Origin: Octopus sinensis
Lineage: Eukaryota
NCBI RefSeq assembly: GCF_006345805.1
Contig: NW_021827998.1
Span: 1 to 9,096 of the forward strand
DNA length: 9,096 nt
Direction of reading: 5' to 3'
A model generated the notes under the pieces. That model was not told the origin of the DNA. It worked only from the letters and a program-made list of their open reading frames with translations, and made no database searches. Below, one piece after another: positions 8,031 through 9,096 of the stretch; within the stretch, counting starts at the first letter, position 1; every line of letters starts with the position of its first letter. The position numbers and the translations under genes are program-made.

Positions 8031-8653
8031 TGGAGGCACCATGGCCTAGTGGTTAGGGTAGCGGACTCGTGGTCGTAAGACCACGGTTTCGATTCCCAGA
8101 CCAGGCATTGTGAGTGTTTATTGAACAAAAACACCTTAGCTCCTAACACGAGGCTCCGGCAGGGAGGGGGTGAACCCCGCTGTACTCTTTCACCACAACG
8201 TTCTCTCACTCTTTCTCCCTACTTCTGCCACAAAGCAGAGGAACCATGGTGTAACCCACTATGGTGTGGTAAACTTTCAGACCCTAGTCTAGATTGCGAA
8301 TCCTCTGTACCCCAGGATGGTTCAGCTCTCTACCCGTTAAAAGCCACCGTTTACGGAATGAGGATAACAACGTAGCTTTCGCGGCCGTGCAACCAAAAGT
8401 CTATCGCGTGTGGTGGGTGGATCTTCAAGTTGCCACACGCATTCTTAGTAGCTTAGAGTAGGCTCGAATTAGAGATTATTCTTTGTGGCTAAAGGCGTGA
8501 GTCCCGACTTGAAGAAGAAGAAGAAGAAGAAGAAGAAGAAGAAGAAGAAAAGAAGAAGAAGAAGAAGAAGAAGAAGAAGAAGAAGAACAAGAACAAGAAG
8601 AAGAAGAAGAACAAGAACAAGAACAAGAACAAGAACAAGAAGAAGAAGAGAAG
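8031..8653 (+). mobile_element. Full-length tRNA-headed SINE of a different family with a (GAA)n/(GAACAA)n tail and 13-bp TSD
   Basis: A box tggcctagtgg (8042-8052), B box ggtttcgattccc (8085-8097), unique body to 8510, repeat tail 8511-8653. Flanked by acagcaacagttg (8018-8030) and acagcaacagctg (8654-8666), 12/13 identical. Confidence 0.85.
8511..8653. repeat. (GAA)n / (GAACAA)n microsatellite forming the retroposon 3' tail
   Basis: Purine-only run 8511-8587, then GAACAA variants. Source of the poly-K/R, poly-S and poly-L/F ORFs. Confidence 0.97.
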
Positions 8654-8954
8654 ACAGCAACAGCTGCAAACACATCGTCTGCTACTGACATATTTCTCTT
8701 ATTTTTCTTTTTGTTTTGTTTTTGCACCGTAAGCCTGTAAGAGACTATCAACAGACAGACGAATACCGCAGTATATTTGGCTTTCAATAACGTGTCTACT
8801 TTAAGTAAGATACACAGACTGCTGGGGTTTTTTTAAACTAATACTGCTTCTGTCGCACATTACTAACTTTTATTCGGCCTGCTCGCAATTTGTGACACCA
8901 GTGTTTTTTCAGTCACTCTTTTACTAAATCTTTAAGAGCGGATTTTGTCTTAGT

Positions 8955-9000
8955 ATGTTTCCCCCGACGAAACTGAAAGAGCCCGAAATGCGCATTTAGC
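8955..9000 (+). other. Degenerate minimal hammerhead-like motif (copy C), possible Penelope-like relic
   Basis: tatgtttccc-CCGACGA (8964-8970)..GAAA (8985-8988) with palindromic ATGCGCAT (8988-8995). The upstream tatgtttcc matches 5244-5252. Stem II and stem I pairing are poor. Confidence 0.3.
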
Positions 9001-9096
9001 AATGCTATCACAGCTGCTGGGTGATTTTCGCTTCCTACATATATATACTTTATGTTTTTCACACTGTACGTTTATAAGACCTACTATCTCTCTGGG

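Noticed and set aside
8031-8106. Possible tRNA gene
   Set aside because: A and B boxes are present but acceptor and anticodon stems do not form a cloverleaf, and it continues into a SINE body with a TSD.
8121-8375. 84-aa ORF in non-repetitive sequence
   Set aside because: It lies within the SINE body, has a non-ATG start and resembles no protein I recognise.
8469-8787. Poly-K/R, poly-S and poly-L/F ORFs
   Set aside because: They are frames of the (GAA)n/(GAACAA)n retroposon tail.

Overview
AT-rich, microsatellite-saturated non-coding eukaryotic DNA, either intergenic or deep intronic. The repeat families look like those I recall from octopus (cephalopod) genomes; that assignment is from memory, not a search. 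No protein-coding gene is supported: nearly all listed ORFs are translations of (TA)n, (CA/TG)n, (CATA/TATG)n or (GAA)n tracts, and the rest match no protein I recognise. The window holds five SINE copies: a 5'-truncated copy at 2307-2636, an old minus-strand copy at ~6869-7072, a dimeric copy at 7073-7474 with an 18-bp TSD inserted into that old copy's head, a minus-strand monomer at ~7726-7935, and a full-length tRNA-headed element at 8031-8653 with a 13-bp TSD and (GAA)n tail. It also has three degenerate minimal hammerhead-ribozyme-like motifs of the Penelope type (~1414, ~5251, ~8964), an exact 72-bp direct repeat bracketing 1119 bp (5606-5677 / 6797-6868), an older 76-bp duplication inside that interval, and a ~2-kb scrambled CA/C-rich tract that may be low-quality consensus. 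There is no evidence of a new protein-based system; the most interesting signals are retroelement RNA structures and insertion architecture.
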